A stretch of DNA of 64,000 nt from an uncultured Thermoplasmatales archaeon (GTDB lineage Archaea > Thermoplasmatota > E2 > DHVEG-1), in contig CAZUBH010000009.1 of the NCBI GenBank assembly GCA_964618505.1, forward strand, positions 9,508 through 73,507. Reading direction: 5' to 3'. Below, one piece after another: positions 19,012 to 28,478 of this stretch. The notes under the pieces are model-generated. The model did no database searches. It was given only the letters and a program-made list of their open reading frames with translations, and had not been told where the DNA came from. Each line of letters opens with the position of its first letter. The stretch's first letter is position 1. A program made the position numbers and the translations under genes.

Positions 19012-19251
19012 ATGGAAAAGATAATAGTGGTAGGTAGCACATTCGCAGTAGCATTATTGGTATTAGCTTCGGTGCCAACTGTAAGTGCTTCTGATAGTAA
19101 TAAAATATCTAAAATTAAAGAATTGAGAGACATATTGGAAGACAAAAATGATTTAGACATACCTGAATGGTTAGAAGATTTAATTTACAATATTCTTGTA
19201 TTTTTTATTGTTGCTTTTTGGTTCCTATATATGTTGTACGATGCATTATAA
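19012..19251 (+). CDS. Small signal-peptide + TM protein, paralogue 3
   Basis: MEKIIVVGSTFAVALLVLASVPTVSA leader, LRDILE...WLEDLI, hydrophobic C-terminus. Confidence 0.75.
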   Translation: MEKIIVVGSTFAVALLVLASVPTVSASDSNKISKIKELRDILEDKNDLDIPEWLEDLIYNILVFFIVAFWFLYMLYDAL

Positions 19252-19374
19252 TTTAATGAAGTCCAAATAACTCCTGATAAATAGTTCTAGTTTATACTCC
19301 TCGATAAATCATTAAATATGTCACAAATTTGGGGATTTTTTCTTCCCTTTTGTTAATAAATGACTTGAGATTAG

Positions 19375-19409
19375 ATTCTATCAAAAACTACAAAAACAAA
19401 AAGCGTATT
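19375..19409 (+). repeat. 35-bp direct repeat, copy 2
   Basis: ATTCTATCAAAAACTACAAAAACAAAAAGCGTATT. Confidence 0.85.
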
Positions 19410-19475
19410 ACCCTCTAGAAAACCATCAAAATTGGGTTTTTTGGGGCAAAATAAGTGTATTTTACCCTTCCAATT

Positions 19476-19547
19476 GCGGATGTGATCTAGAGGCTATGAT
19501 TAGGGCCTTCCAAGCCCTCTGCCCGGGTTCGATTCCCGGCGTCCGCA
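19476..19547 (+). tRNA. tRNA-Gly(TCC)
   Basis: Acceptor stem GCGGA/TCCGC, anticodon arm AGGGC-CTTCCAA-GCCCT, T-loop GGTTCGATTCC; CCA not encoded. Confidence 0.95.
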
Positions 19548-19556
19548 TTTTAATAT

Positions 19557-19674
19557 GCAGGGGTAGCCAAGCCTGGCCAACGGCGCAGGACTTAAGATCT
19601 ATAAAAAACAAAGGTTCGTCAGATGAGACATCCTGTCTCGAAGGAGTCCGAGGGTTCAAATCCCTTCCCCTGCA
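19557..19674 (+). tRNA. tRNA-Leu(TAA) with a 33-nt intron (19597-19629) at position 37/38
   Basis: GCAGGGG/CCCCTGC acceptor stem, CAGGA-CTTAAG|A-TCCTG anticodon arm after splicing, long variable arm, BHB motif. Confidence 0.92.
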
Positions 19675-19723
19675 TTCTTTTTTCCTCCAAAAAATTATTA
19701 AGATAAATAATCATCAATAAAAC

Positions 19724-19948
19724 TTGATGAATATGATATTTGACAAAGGAAGGCCCCTGTCAAAAGAATTATGTGAACTATGTAAAAAAGAAATTAAACC
19801 AGAAGAAAAAATGATAATATCTGCGATATGTCCATCTCACAAAAGACAGTTATCTAACAGATTATGGGCCCCTCAAGTATATGCCTATATCGATAATGCT
19901 TCTAAATACCATGAAAAATGTTTTATACAGACTATTAAAAAGAAATAA
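19724..19948 (+). CDS. Small putative Zn-binding protein
   Basis: CELC...C.SH...HEKC residue pattern; 74 aa. Confidence 0.6.
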   Translation: MMNMIFDKGRPLSKELCELCKKEIKPEEKMIISAICPSHKRQLSNRLWAPQVYAYIDNASKYHEKCFIQTIKKK

Positions 19949-19982
19949 TTTACAAATTTCATTATGTTACCGGTATTTTAGT

Positions 19983-20003
19983 GTTCAAATCCCTCCCCCT
20001 ACA
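19983..20003 (+). repeat. Duplicate of the tRNA-Leu 3' end (att-like scar)
   Basis: GTTCAAATCCCTCCCCCTACA vs GTTCAAATCCCTTCCCCTGCA (19654-19674), 19/21 identical. Confidence 0.75.
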
Positions 20004-20108
20004 TAATTCTTAAATAGCTATTTATGAAAGGTTACTAAATCGTTAAGTTTTATAAGCACAAATGTATTTACTGTTTTAAATCGATGCACTTGTAAGGTTG
20101 AGGAGAGT

Positions 20109-20864
20109 ATGACAGCGCATGAATTATGTAGTACAGGCATAAATGCTTTAGATGTTGTTTTGAGTGGAGGTATTCCAGTTGGCAATACAGTACTTGTAAC
20201 CGGCTGTAGTGGTTCTGGAAAAACTACTTTATGTATGCAATATCTTTTTAATGGAGCAAAGCAAGGTGAAAGAGGCGTATTTTTTACAATAACAGAACCT
20301 TTATTCAAACTAACTAAAAACGTTGAAAATTTTAGCTACTATGATAAAAAATTAATAGAGTCGGGAATGGTAAATATCATAGATCTTAGAATAATCAGTG
20401 AAAGACTAGGTCTTGACGCTGAAAAATATACTGTTGAAGATGCGGGAGCACTTTTAGATATACTCAAAGACATCGCAGACGAACTTGATGTTAAAAGATT
20501 GGTAATGGATTCAATTACTGCGCTTTGTTATCGTTTGCAAACAAGGGAAATGATTAGAGATTTTATATTTAAACTGGGAACTTCGCTTGCGGCAATGAAT
20601 TGTACGACTTTTTTAACCTCTGAAGTTCCCCCACAAACATACAAATTTTCTCAATACGAAATAGAAGAATTTATTTCGGATGGTATAATATTTTTAGGCG
20701 ATGTCGATAGAAAGGGAGATTTGATTAGAACATTACAAGTAGTAAAAATGCGAGGAATTGCACATTCTAGAGCAAAATATGCAATGAATATATCTGCTGA
20801 AAGAGGAATGGAGCTAGTACCCTTATTAAAATCTTCAGATTTTGAGTCTTTATTAAAACATTAG
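20109..20864 (+). CDS. KaiC/RAD55-family RecA-fold ATPase (single domain, intact motifs)
   Basis: STGINALD, Walker A GCSGSGKT, Walker B LVMDS, IEEFISDGII and RTLQVVKMRG motifs. Confidence 0.9.
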   Translation: MTAHELCSTGINALDVVLSGGIPVGNTVLVTGCSGSGKTTLCMQYLFNGAKQGERGVFFTITEPLFKLTKNVENFSYYDKKLIESGMVNIIDLRIISERLGLDAEKYTVEDAGALLDILKDIADELDVKRLVMDSITALCYRLQTREMIRDFIFKLGTSLAAMNCTTFLTSEVPPQTYKFSQYEIEEFISDGIIFLGDVDRKGDLIRTLQVVKMRGIAHSRAKYAMNISAERGMELVPLLKSSDFESLLKH

Positions 20865-20873
20865 GTGGTAAAA

Positions 20874-21449
20874 ATGGTAGATGCAATAGTAGAAGGCATT
20901 AGAGATAGAGTCTCTGTAGCAATTAAAGTAAATCAATCTGTTGGAATTCAAGTACCTGAAAATAGGCATCCAGACCTTTTAGATGCATTATTTAACTCGA
21001 TGTTTAGCAATCCAAATGATTTGTGGACTTTTGTTACAATCAGCAATACATATGATTTTCTTAATAAAAATTTTAAAGATATTCAGGATCATAAAAACAT
21101 AAAAATTATAGATTGTATTTCTAAAGCAGCAGGTATAACAAATCTTTCTAAAAATTGCATATATGTTGAAAGCCCAACAATGCTTGAAAAAGCAGGTCTT
21201 GAAATAATGAATAGTTTTAGAGGAGCAAAACAGGATAATGAAAAATTTGTAGTTATAGATTCTCTAAGTGCTTTAATGATTTATAATGATTCAGAAATGA
21301 TTAGAGAATTTGTTTCTTTGCTAATGAACAGAACTCGTTCTGAAAACATCCATATAATATCAATATTGATTGAAGAAGAAATGGATTCTAATAAGCTAAT
21401 ACAATTAAACGACAAAATTGTTGTTTTAAGAGATTCTTTTATCGACTAG
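20874..21449 (+). CDS. Inactive KaiC/RecA-fold-like protein
   Basis: IIDCIS, SPTML and VVIDSLSALMIYN patterns; no Walker A. Confidence 0.6.
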   Translation: MVDAIVEGIRDRVSVAIKVNQSVGIQVPENRHPDLLDALFNSMFSNPNDLWTFVTISNTYDFLNKNFKDIQDHKNIKIIDCISKAAGITNLSKNCIYVESPTMLEKAGLEIMNSFRGAKQDNEKFVVIDSLSALMIYNDSEMIREFVSLLMNRTRSENIHIISILIEEEMDSNKLIQLNDKIVVLRDSFID

Positions 21450-21465
21450 ATTAAAGTGATAAAAT

Positions 21466-22029
21466 ATGGATATTCCTTTAAGAAAAGTAGAATTTAATGA
21501 CAAAACGATTTGGATAAATAATCCAGAAGGTATTCAAAATCTAATAGATAGAAGGAAAAAGGCATTTGATGTTGCCTTAGGAAAATTCATAGATTCTAAT
21601 GGAAACATAGAAACTGTATTACAAACTGGTGAGGCTTTTGGCAGGGGCGTCTATTCTGATCTAATTATTAATAAGCCAGAAGAATGGACAATGCAAGATT
21701 GGATTGAGTCGATAGTCAATGATATTTTTAATCCTATGGGAAATGCATTTGCTTTTACAGAAATTTCTGAAAATAACGTAAAAACTCTTTTAACAAAATG
21801 TCCTTTAAACGAAACAGAATCTGAAAAAAACATTGCAACTCTTTTTAACTATGGATTTATGAGAGGGCTTTTAAAAAGTGCCTTTCCTAAAGGTGAAGTA
21901 CTTATGAAAACCACTATGGTTAAGGAATCACCAGTGATTGAATTTGAATTTAAAAATTTTGCATCTTATAAAGATAAATCAGAAAGAGAAAGAGTAAAAC
22001 ACTCAGTCATGAAAATTAATAATATTTAG
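21466..22029 (+). CDS. V4R/MetOD-like putative ligand-binding protein
   Basis: TKCPL...YGFMRGLL pattern; located inside the KaiC operon. Confidence 0.5.
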   Translation: MDIPLRKVEFNDKTIWINNPEGIQNLIDRRKKAFDVALGKFIDSNGNIETVLQTGEAFGRGVYSDLIINKPEEWTMQDWIESIVNDIFNPMGNAFAFTEISENNVKTLLTKCPLNETESEKNIATLFNYGFMRGLLKSAFPKGEVLMKTTMVKESPVIEFEFKNFASYKDKSERERVKHSVMKINNI

Positions 22030-22041
22030 GCAAAAGATACA

Positions 22042-22842
22042 ATGGTTGGAGAATCCTTTATAGAATCTAATACAGCAAAAAGAGAAGGTTTCATAACTAC
22101 AGGTATAGAAAAATTAGATAGACTACTAGAAGGTGGAATACCAGGAGGATTTACGACAGTAATTTTAGGATCACCAGGATCTAGTACAGAAATTTTAGTA
22201 AAACAGATTGCATCTACTGGAAAAGTTACATATATAACAACTGAAGAAACAAAAGATGAAATCGTCGACACCATGAAACGCTTTAAGTGGAATAGTTCAG
22301 AAATTGATTTTATTGACATTTCTTCAAAATATTATTCAAATGTTCTCAAAGGTGAGCAAAAAAGAGTCAGTATTTATGAACAAAGATCTAAAATGAAACT
22401 AAAAGAGTTAATAGAACTAGGTTCATCGGGAATGCCTTCAACAGTAACTGGTCAAGAAGATTATTTAGCAGTATTTTCTAATAAGGTAAAGGAACTTCAA
22501 TCAGAACAATTTTTAGTAGTAAATTCTTTAGATTTTTTTCTAAGTCAATATAGTCAAGAAGACGTTTTAAAAACTATTTATGCAGCAAAGGTTAGCAATC
22601 TTAAAAATAAAGGTGCCTTAATAATTGTTATGACTAAAGGAATACATGGAGAGATATTTGAAAGAAAAATGGAAGGTATTGCTGACTGTGTTTTAGAACT
22701 AGATGTAATTCAAAAAGGATCAACCTTTGAAAGATTTTTATCAGTCAAAAAAATGCGCAACTATGCAAAAAAAATTGGCATTGCTAGATATGTTATAGAC
22801 GACAGCGGATTTGTTTTAGAAATGATTGAAAGAATCATGTAA
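22042..22842 (+). CDS. KaiC/RAD55-like protein with degenerate Walker motifs
   Basis: TTGIEKLDRLLEGGIP; GSPGSSTE (no Lys); VVNS (Asp to Asn); ADCVLEL; VKKMRN. Confidence 0.8.
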   Translation: MVGESFIESNTAKREGFITTGIEKLDRLLEGGIPGGFTTVILGSPGSSTEILVKQIASTGKVTYITTEETKDEIVDTMKRFKWNSSEIDFIDISSKYYSNVLKGEQKRVSIYEQRSKMKLKELIELGSSGMPSTVTGQEDYLAVFSNKVKELQSEQFLVVNSLDFFLSQYSQEDVLKTIYAAKVSNLKNKGALIIVMTKGIHGEIFERKMEGIADCVLELDVIQKGSTFERFLSVKKMRNYAKKIGIARYVIDDSGFVLEMIERIM

Positions 22843-22878
22843 TTAAATTTTTAAAAAAAAGAAAAAAAGAGAATTTTT

Positions 22879-24144
22879 TTAAGATATCATTGTAAATATA
22901 ATTAGCTGTGTTCCTTCTGCATCAGCGTCTTCGTCACCAGCAGAAGCCTCGATTTCTATGCCGCCAAGTCCCAAAAACAATCCAGACGAAAGTGTTGCTG
23001 TTTCTCCTGAAGCAATATCAAAAGTATCTTCCACTAAAATATCTATTGCTCCAAGAATACCGCCGGTTATTGCTAAACTACAATCTATATCTTCAGCATC
23101 TGTTTCTCCAGTATTTTCTATAGTTAAAGTTGCTCCAAGGCCGCCTGATATTGTTAATTCAAGTTCTATTGGTGGTGGTGGCGGTTCAGAAATAGTTGCT
23201 GTTGTTTCATCTGTTGCAACCTCTTTTTGGCTATCTGTTACAGTCAAAACTACATCATATTCCCCAGCTGCATCGTAAGAATAGGTTGGATTTTGTTCGT
23301 CTGAGGTATCTCCATTTCCAAAGTCCCATTCATAAGTGTATGGTGGTACTCCGCCTTCTGCAGATCCTGTAAATTGTATGTCTTCACCTACCTCTGCTTC
23401 GTATGGTCCATGTGCATCGGCAATTAATGGCTCTGCTTCATCATTTGTTAAATAAAATGCCATATCGCCATATGTGTGATCAGTCCAAAAATCTGTTCCT
23501 AAGAGTGGAAATCCTTGCAATGATGTGTGCAGTAGTTCTGGATTTGCACCATTTGTCAGCCAACCCCACTGAGGCGGAAATACAAATACTGCTTGTATTG
23601 TAATCCAGTATTTTTCTCCTGCTTCAGCAGTAAAAACAGGATCCAAAATTACTTCATATTCGTAATTTCCTAAAGGATCTAATGGATACCCCGTAATCGC
23701 TGGGAAGAAATAAGATGCAATTGCAGTTGTTTCTGGATTTGGCATTCCTGCACCGGTAGGTGAGTTACCTGTGCCATCATCTGCATATATAAATATATTG
23801 AAATCACAAGGATCTACCTCATCTGGCGGTCCATTCCAAAATGTACCCCACCAATGTACATCTGATACAACTGTTTCTTCTTCAAACAAAAAATCGTCAG
23901 CACATTGGGAGTTAATTGGATAAACTACATCTAATTGAGAAGATAAACCATTTGAGGTTGCATCAGGTCCCCCATTATCCCAAATTATTCCTTTTACTGT
24001 TGAAGTTTGTTCAGTTTGAACACAAAAACCTAATGTTTTTGGTGCCTTTGTTGTTAGTACTTTCTCTTCAGAAGTATTTGCTATAGCAGATGCCGCTGTA
24101 ATTAACATTATTATTGCTATTAACAAAACACTCGCCTTATTCAA
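22879..24144 (-). CDS. Secreted PKD-domain protein with conserved C-terminal beta domain
   Basis: Signal peptide; CADDF...VHWWG domain; PKD (YEWDFGNG...Y.V.LTVTD); PPPPP linker. Confidence 0.8.
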   Translation of the reverse strand: MNKASVLLIAIIMLITAASAIANTSEEKVLTTKAPKTLGFCVQTEQTSTVKGIIWDNGGPDATSNGLSSQLDVVYPINSQCADDFLFEEETVVSDVHWWGTFWNGPPDEVDPCDFNIFIYADDGTGNSPTGAGMPNPETTAIASYFFPAITGYPLDPLGNYEYEVILDPVFTAEAGEKYWITIQAVFVFPPQWGWLTNGANPELLHTSLQGFPLLGTDFWTDHTYGDMAFYLTNDEAEPLIADAHGPYEAEVGEDIQFTGSAEGGVPPYTYEWDFGNGDTSDEQNPTYSYDAAGEYDVVLTVTDSQKEVATDETTATISEPPPPPIELELTISGGLGATLTIENTGETDAEDIDCSLAITGGILGAIDILVEDTFDIASGETATLSSGLFLGLGGIEIEASAGDEDADAEGTQLIIFTMIS

Positions 24145-24255
24145 AATTTTTTCCTTTCTTATAATTTTTTTACCCCCCTTAAATATAATTTATGTATAGT
24201 AAGCAAGCTTAAATAATTTATTAGCATCCAAGGGTTGTTGGTTCATTTTTGATCT

Positions 24256-25191
24256 TTACTTTATTACAAACTTTATTATCTTTTCAGCCGCAGTGTGAGG
24301 GTCTAAATTCTTTTTTTCAATTTCTTCAATTAAATTATCAATTTTATCCTGTATTTTTGATTCGTCAAAAATTAAATTCATAATTTGTTTTTTTATTATT
24401 TCTACAAGCTCAACCTCATAACGTTCTCTTCTATTTTTTTCAAAAATTTTACATTTTTTAATATATTTTAAGTGAATGGATATTTGCTTAGCAAGCTCAT
24501 CTAAACCTTTATTTTTCTTTGTTGATGTTTGTACTATTGGTATCTTTCTATCTTTTAATATAATATCAAGCATTGATTCAATTTCTGCAACTGTTTGTTC
24601 TGTACCTGGTTTATCAGATTTATTTACAACAAAAATATCTGCTATTTCCATTATACCTGCTTTTATAGTTTGTATCGAATCTCCAAGACCTGGCACAAGT
24701 ACTACGCAAGTTGTATCAGCTATTTTTATAATATCGACTTCACTTTGCCCAACTCCAACTGTCTCAATAATAATTATATCCATTCCTGCAGCATCTAATA
24801 TCTCAACAACATCGTATACCGCACCAGTAAGGCCACCAAGCATTCCTCTTGTGCCCATACTTCTAATAAAAATTCCATCATCACAAGAAAGATCCATCAT
24901 CCTAATTCTATCCCCTAGAAGTGCACCCCCACTAAAAGGACTTGTAGGATCTATTGCTATGATTCCAATTTTCTTATTTTGTTTTCGATATATTTTTGCA
25001 AGCTCAAAAATAAGTGAGCTTTTTCCGCTACCCATTACTCCAGTAATTCCGATAACATGTGCCTTTCCAGAATGCTTATGAAGTTTTTTCATTGAATTTA
25101 TTGCTTCTTTTGAATTGTTTTCTACAAGAGTTATAAGTCTTGCAATAGCTCTATGATTACATTCCAACACTTTTGAAGAAAGATCTCTCAT
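24256..25191 (-). CDS. meaB: MeaB/ArgK GTPase chaperone of B12 mutase
   Basis: GVMGSGKSS, DPTSPFSGGALLGDRIRM, ETVGVGQSE and NKSD motifs. Confidence 0.95.
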   Translation of the reverse strand: MRDLSSKVLECNHRAIARLITLVENNSKEAINSMKKLHKHSGKAHVIGITGVMGSGKSSLIFELAKIYRKQNKKIGIIAIDPTSPFSGGALLGDRIRMMDLSCDDGIFIRSMGTRGMLGGLTGAVYDVVEILDAAGMDIIIIETVGVGQSEVDIIKIADTTCVVLVPGLGDSIQTIKAGIMEIADIFVVNKSDKPGTEQTVAEIESMLDIILKDRKIPIVQTSTKKNKGLDELAKQISIHLKYIKKCKIFEKNRRERYEVELVEIIKKQIMNLIFDESKIQDKIDNLIEEIEKKNLDPHTAAEKIIKFVIK

Positions 25192-25577
25192 TATTTCACA
25201 TTCTTTTGTATATATTCAACGATATCTTCAACTGGAGTTCCAGGACCAAATATTTCTGATACTCCTTCTTTTTTTAGTTTTGGCACATCTTCTTCAGGAA
25301 TTATCCCTCCACCAATAAGTAAAACATCTTCCATTTCTTTTTGCTTTAACAGTTTTGCAACATCAACAAAAAGAGTCATATGCGCACCAGACAATAAACT
25401 TAGTCCTATTACATTAACATCTTCTTGAATCGCTGTTTTTACAATTTGATCTGCTGTCTGATGAAGTCCTGAATAGATTACCTCCATTCCTGCATCTCTT
25501 AGGGCTCTAGCAACAATTTTTGCCCCTCTATCGTGGCCATCTAGTCCTGGTTTTGCTATTAGAACTCTTATTTTCAT
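25191..25577 (-). CDS. Acyl-CoA mutase B12-binding subunit
   Basis: [10 protein letters not shown] (DxHxxG), SLLSGAH, GGIIP. Confidence 0.95.
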   Translation of the reverse strand: MKIRVLIAKPGLDGHDRGAKIVARALRDAGMEVIYSGLHQTADQIVKTAIQEDVNVIGLSLLSGAHMTLFVDVAKLLKQKEMEDVLLIGGGIIPEEDVPKLKKEGVSEIFGPGTPVEDIVEYIQKNVK

Positions 25578-25586
25578 ATAATTACC

Positions 25587-27254
25587 TCAAAATATGGATG
25601 GTTCTTTATATTCTCCATAAATATCTCTTAAAACTTGACATGTTTCACCCAATGTCGCATAGCTGTGCACACAATCAAGTATATAAGGCATTAAGTTTTC
25701 TTTTCCTTCAGCTGCTTTTCTTAAATTGTTTAAATTCCTTTCAACTTTTGAGTTGTTTCTTTTTTTTCTTAAATCTTTAAGTCTTTTAATTTGCCTTTCT
25801 TCTCCTTTTTCATCCATCTTTAAAATTGGTATATCAATAACTTCATCAAGTTTATAATCATTAACACCAACAATTGTTCTTTGTTTTTTGTCTATTTCTT
25901 TTTGGTATCTATATGCAGCTTCTGCAATTTCTCTTTGGAAAAAACCTTTCTCAATTGCAGGTATTACCCCACCAAGTTTCTCAACTCTTTCAAAATATCT
26001 GTATGTTTCTTCTTCCATTTTATCGGTTAACCATTCAACATAATATGAACCACCTAAAGGATCGACAGTGCTTTCAACACCCGACTCTTCCGCTATGATT
26101 TGTTGAGTTCTAAGCGCTATTCTAACGGCCTTTTCTGAAGGAAGTGCCAATGCTTCATCCATTGAGTTGGTATGAAGCGATTGAGTTCCGCCAAGAATTG
26201 CAGATAAAGCCTGAATTGTCACACGGATGATATTTACTTCTGGTTGTTGTGCTGTAAGAGAACAACCTGCTGTCTGAGTATGAAACCTCATCCACAAAGA
26301 CCTTTCTTTTTTAGCTCCCAACTTCTTCATTTCTTTTGCCCAAATTCTTCTTGCTGCACGATATTTAGCAATTTCTTCAAAAAAATCATTATGCGCATTA
26401 AAAAAGAAACTAAGTCTTGGTGCAAAGTCATCAATCTTTAATCCCCTTTTAATTGCATGTTTTACATATTCGATACCATCGCCTAAAGTAAAAGCAAGTT
26501 CTTGAACTGCAGTCGAGCCTGCTTCTCTAATATGATATCCGCTTATACTGATTGTATTCCACCTAGGTAAGTATTTAGATCCATATTCAAATGTATCAAC
26601 AATTAGACGCATAGAGGGCTCTGGTGGAAATATATACGACTTTTGTGCAATATATTCTTTTAAAATGTCGTTTTGAATTGTTCCGCCTATTTTTGCTTTA
26701 TTTATCCCTCGGTTTTCAGCATTTGCAATATAAAAAGCCCAAATAATAGCAGCCGGGCCATTTATGGTCATAGAGGTTGTAACCTTATCAATTGGTATTT
26801 CACTAAATAATAAATCCATATCTTTAAGTGACGATATTGCAACACCACATTTTCCAAACTCACCTCTTGCAAGTGGGTGATCTGTATCATAACCATAAAG
26901 CGTTGGATAATCAAATGCGACGCTTAAACCAGTCTCGCCATGATTTAAAAGATACTTAAACCTCATATTTGTTTCTTCGGCAGAACCAAATCCAGCAAAT
27001 TGTCTCATCGTCCATAGTTTACCTCGATACATATTAGAATGGACGCCCCTTAAGAAAGGATATTTGCTTGGAAAGCCTACGTCATCAAGATACTCTAAAT
27101 CTTTTATATCCAATGGTGTGTACAAATTTTTGATTTCAATTTCTGAAAGATTCTTGAATTTTTCTTTTCTTTCAGGTTTTTTATCTATTAATTTAGAATA
27201 ACAATCCTTTTCCCATTTTTCTAATTCTTTATTTAATTTATTGGAATCTCCCAT
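25587..27254 (-). CDS. Methylmalonyl-CoA mutase family, substrate-binding large subunit
   Basis: [35 protein letters not shown] and [10 protein letters not shown] motifs. Confidence 0.95.
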   Translation of the reverse strand: MGDSNKLNKELEKWEKDCYSKLIDKKPERKEKFKNLSEIEIKNLYTPLDIKDLEYLDDVGFPSKYPFLRGVHSNMYRGKLWTMRQFAGFGSAEETNMRFKYLLNHGETGLSVAFDYPTLYGYDTDHPLARGEFGKCGVAISSLKDMDLLFSEIPIDKVTTSMTINGPAAIIWAFYIANAENRGINKAKIGGTIQNDILKEYIAQKSYIFPPEPSMRLIVDTFEYGSKYLPRWNTISISGYHIREAGSTAVQELAFTLGDGIEYVKHAIKRGLKIDDFAPRLSFFFNAHNDFFEEIAKYRAARRIWAKEMKKLGAKKERSLWMRFHTQTAGCSLTAQQPEVNIIRVTIQALSAILGGTQSLHTNSMDEALALPSEKAVRIALRTQQIIAEESGVESTVDPLGGSYYVEWLTDKMEEETYRYFERVEKLGGVIPAIEKGFFQREIAEAAYRYQKEIDKKQRTIVGVNDYKLDEVIDIPILKMDEKGEERQIKRLKDLRKKRNNSKVERNLNNLRKAAEGKENLMPYILDCVHSYATLGETCQVLRDIYGEYKEPSIF

Positions 27255-27269
27255 AGAAAAACTCCCATT

Positions 27270-27794
27270 TCACCAATCAATACCTTTTCTGCTTTTAATT
27301 CCTTTTTGATATGGATGTTTAATTTCGAGTATCTCACTAACCAGATCTGCTTGTTTTATTATATCTGGATGCGCATAACGACCTGTCAAAACAAGTTCTA
27401 GTTTTTCAGGTTTTTTATCTATTAATTCAGACAAATTTTCTAAAGAGATTAAATTAAAATCTACAGCAACATTTATCTCATCAAGAATGAGGACGTCAGT
27501 GTCTTTATTTTTAATGCTTTTTTTTGCATAATCAAATCCTTTTTTTGCAAGATCGATATCAACTTGCTCCGGATTTTTTTTATTAACAAACTTATCTCTA
27601 CCAAATTGTTTTACATCAAAATTAGGAATCTTTTTAATTGCATCTATTTCAGAATATCTCCTACCTTTCATGAATTGAATCATTAAAACTTTAAAATTGT
27701 TACCAGATGCGCGTAGACCAAGACCTATTGCAGCAGTTGTTTTACCTTTGCCGTTTCCAGTGTAAACATGAACTTTTCCCAAACTATCTGACAT
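27270..27794 (-). CDS. cobO: Cob(I)alamin adenosyltransferase
   Basis: YTGNGKGKTTAA, QFMKG, LDEI and LTGR motifs. Confidence 0.93.
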   Translation of the reverse strand: MSDSLGKVHVYTGNGKGKTTAAIGLGLRASGNNFKVLMIQFMKGRRYSEIDAIKKIPNFDVKQFGRDKFVNKKNPEQVDIDLAKKGFDYAKKSIKNKDTDVLILDEINVAVDFNLISLENLSELIDKKPEKLELVLTGRYAHPDIIKQADLVSEILEIKHPYQKGIKSRKGIDW

Positions 27795-27857
27795 TAAAAT
27801 ACAAATAGGATATACTTATAAAAATATGTCTTAAAAATAAAAAAAGGAGTTTTGGTT

Positions 27858-28478
27858 TTAAACTCCTTCCCAGAATCCATCTGAATCGTAATCATCAAAT
27901 GAGATTACATTTAAGTGCCCGTCTTCAGTATAGAAATAGATAAAAACCTGATATTCGTCCATAAATCTATTATATACTAACCATACACTGAAAACTTGTG
28001 TATCAAACCACCAGCCTATATCACTATAGTCTTCAGATACAACAAAGGTTTGATCTAATCCTCCTAACCAAACCCATCCGCCATTGATAAGTGTTTTTTC
28101 CCAGAACATTATAGTTACAGTTCCATCACCATCGCTTTGTACACTTACCTTTCTATTTTCATCGACTTGTCCATCAAAATATTGCATGGGATGCTCTGAT
28201 GGGCGATTATCCCACGTTTGAGTATTTAAAATAATTTGATGTGTCGGAGGTACATACCAGTCGACATAATTACGACGACCTGGTGGATTATTCACAGGAG
28301 TGGGCCAAGGATTAAATTCGTTATTTAAACCAATACCCTTACCATAAAGATTTGCATTAGATTGGTTATTATTACTATTTAAAGGGGTTGCAATAACAAT
28401 CAAAGATGCAGAAATCGATATTATTGCTGTCAAAAATAGAGATATCACTAGCCTTCTAAAAACTCTTGTCTTTTTCAT
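27858..28478 (-). CDS. Secreted hypothetical protein
   Basis: N-terminal signal/TM helix, SD GGGGA; no recognised domain. Confidence 0.65.
   Translation of the reverse strand: MKKTRVFRRLVISLFLTAIISISASLIVIATPLNSNNNQSNANLYGKGIGLNNEFNPWPTPVNNPPGRRNYVDWYVPPTHQIILNTQTWDNRPSEHPMQYFDGQVDENRKVSVQSDGDGTVTIMFWEKTLINGGWVWLGGLDQTFVVSEDYSDIGWWFDTQVFSVWLVYNRFMDEYQVFIYFYTEDGHLNVISFDDYDSDGFWEGV

Noticed and set aside
18296-19409. Direct repeats as a CRISPR mini-array
   Set aside because: Only two copies, ~1 kb apart with genes between them; A-rich and non-palindromic; no cas genes.
19462-19720. ORFs 19462-19659(-) and 19496-19720(+)
   Set aside because: They overlap the two tRNA genes; these are spurious frames.
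23168-23187. GGT-repeat tract
   Set aside because: Encodes a poly-proline linker on the minus strand; not a contingency repeat.
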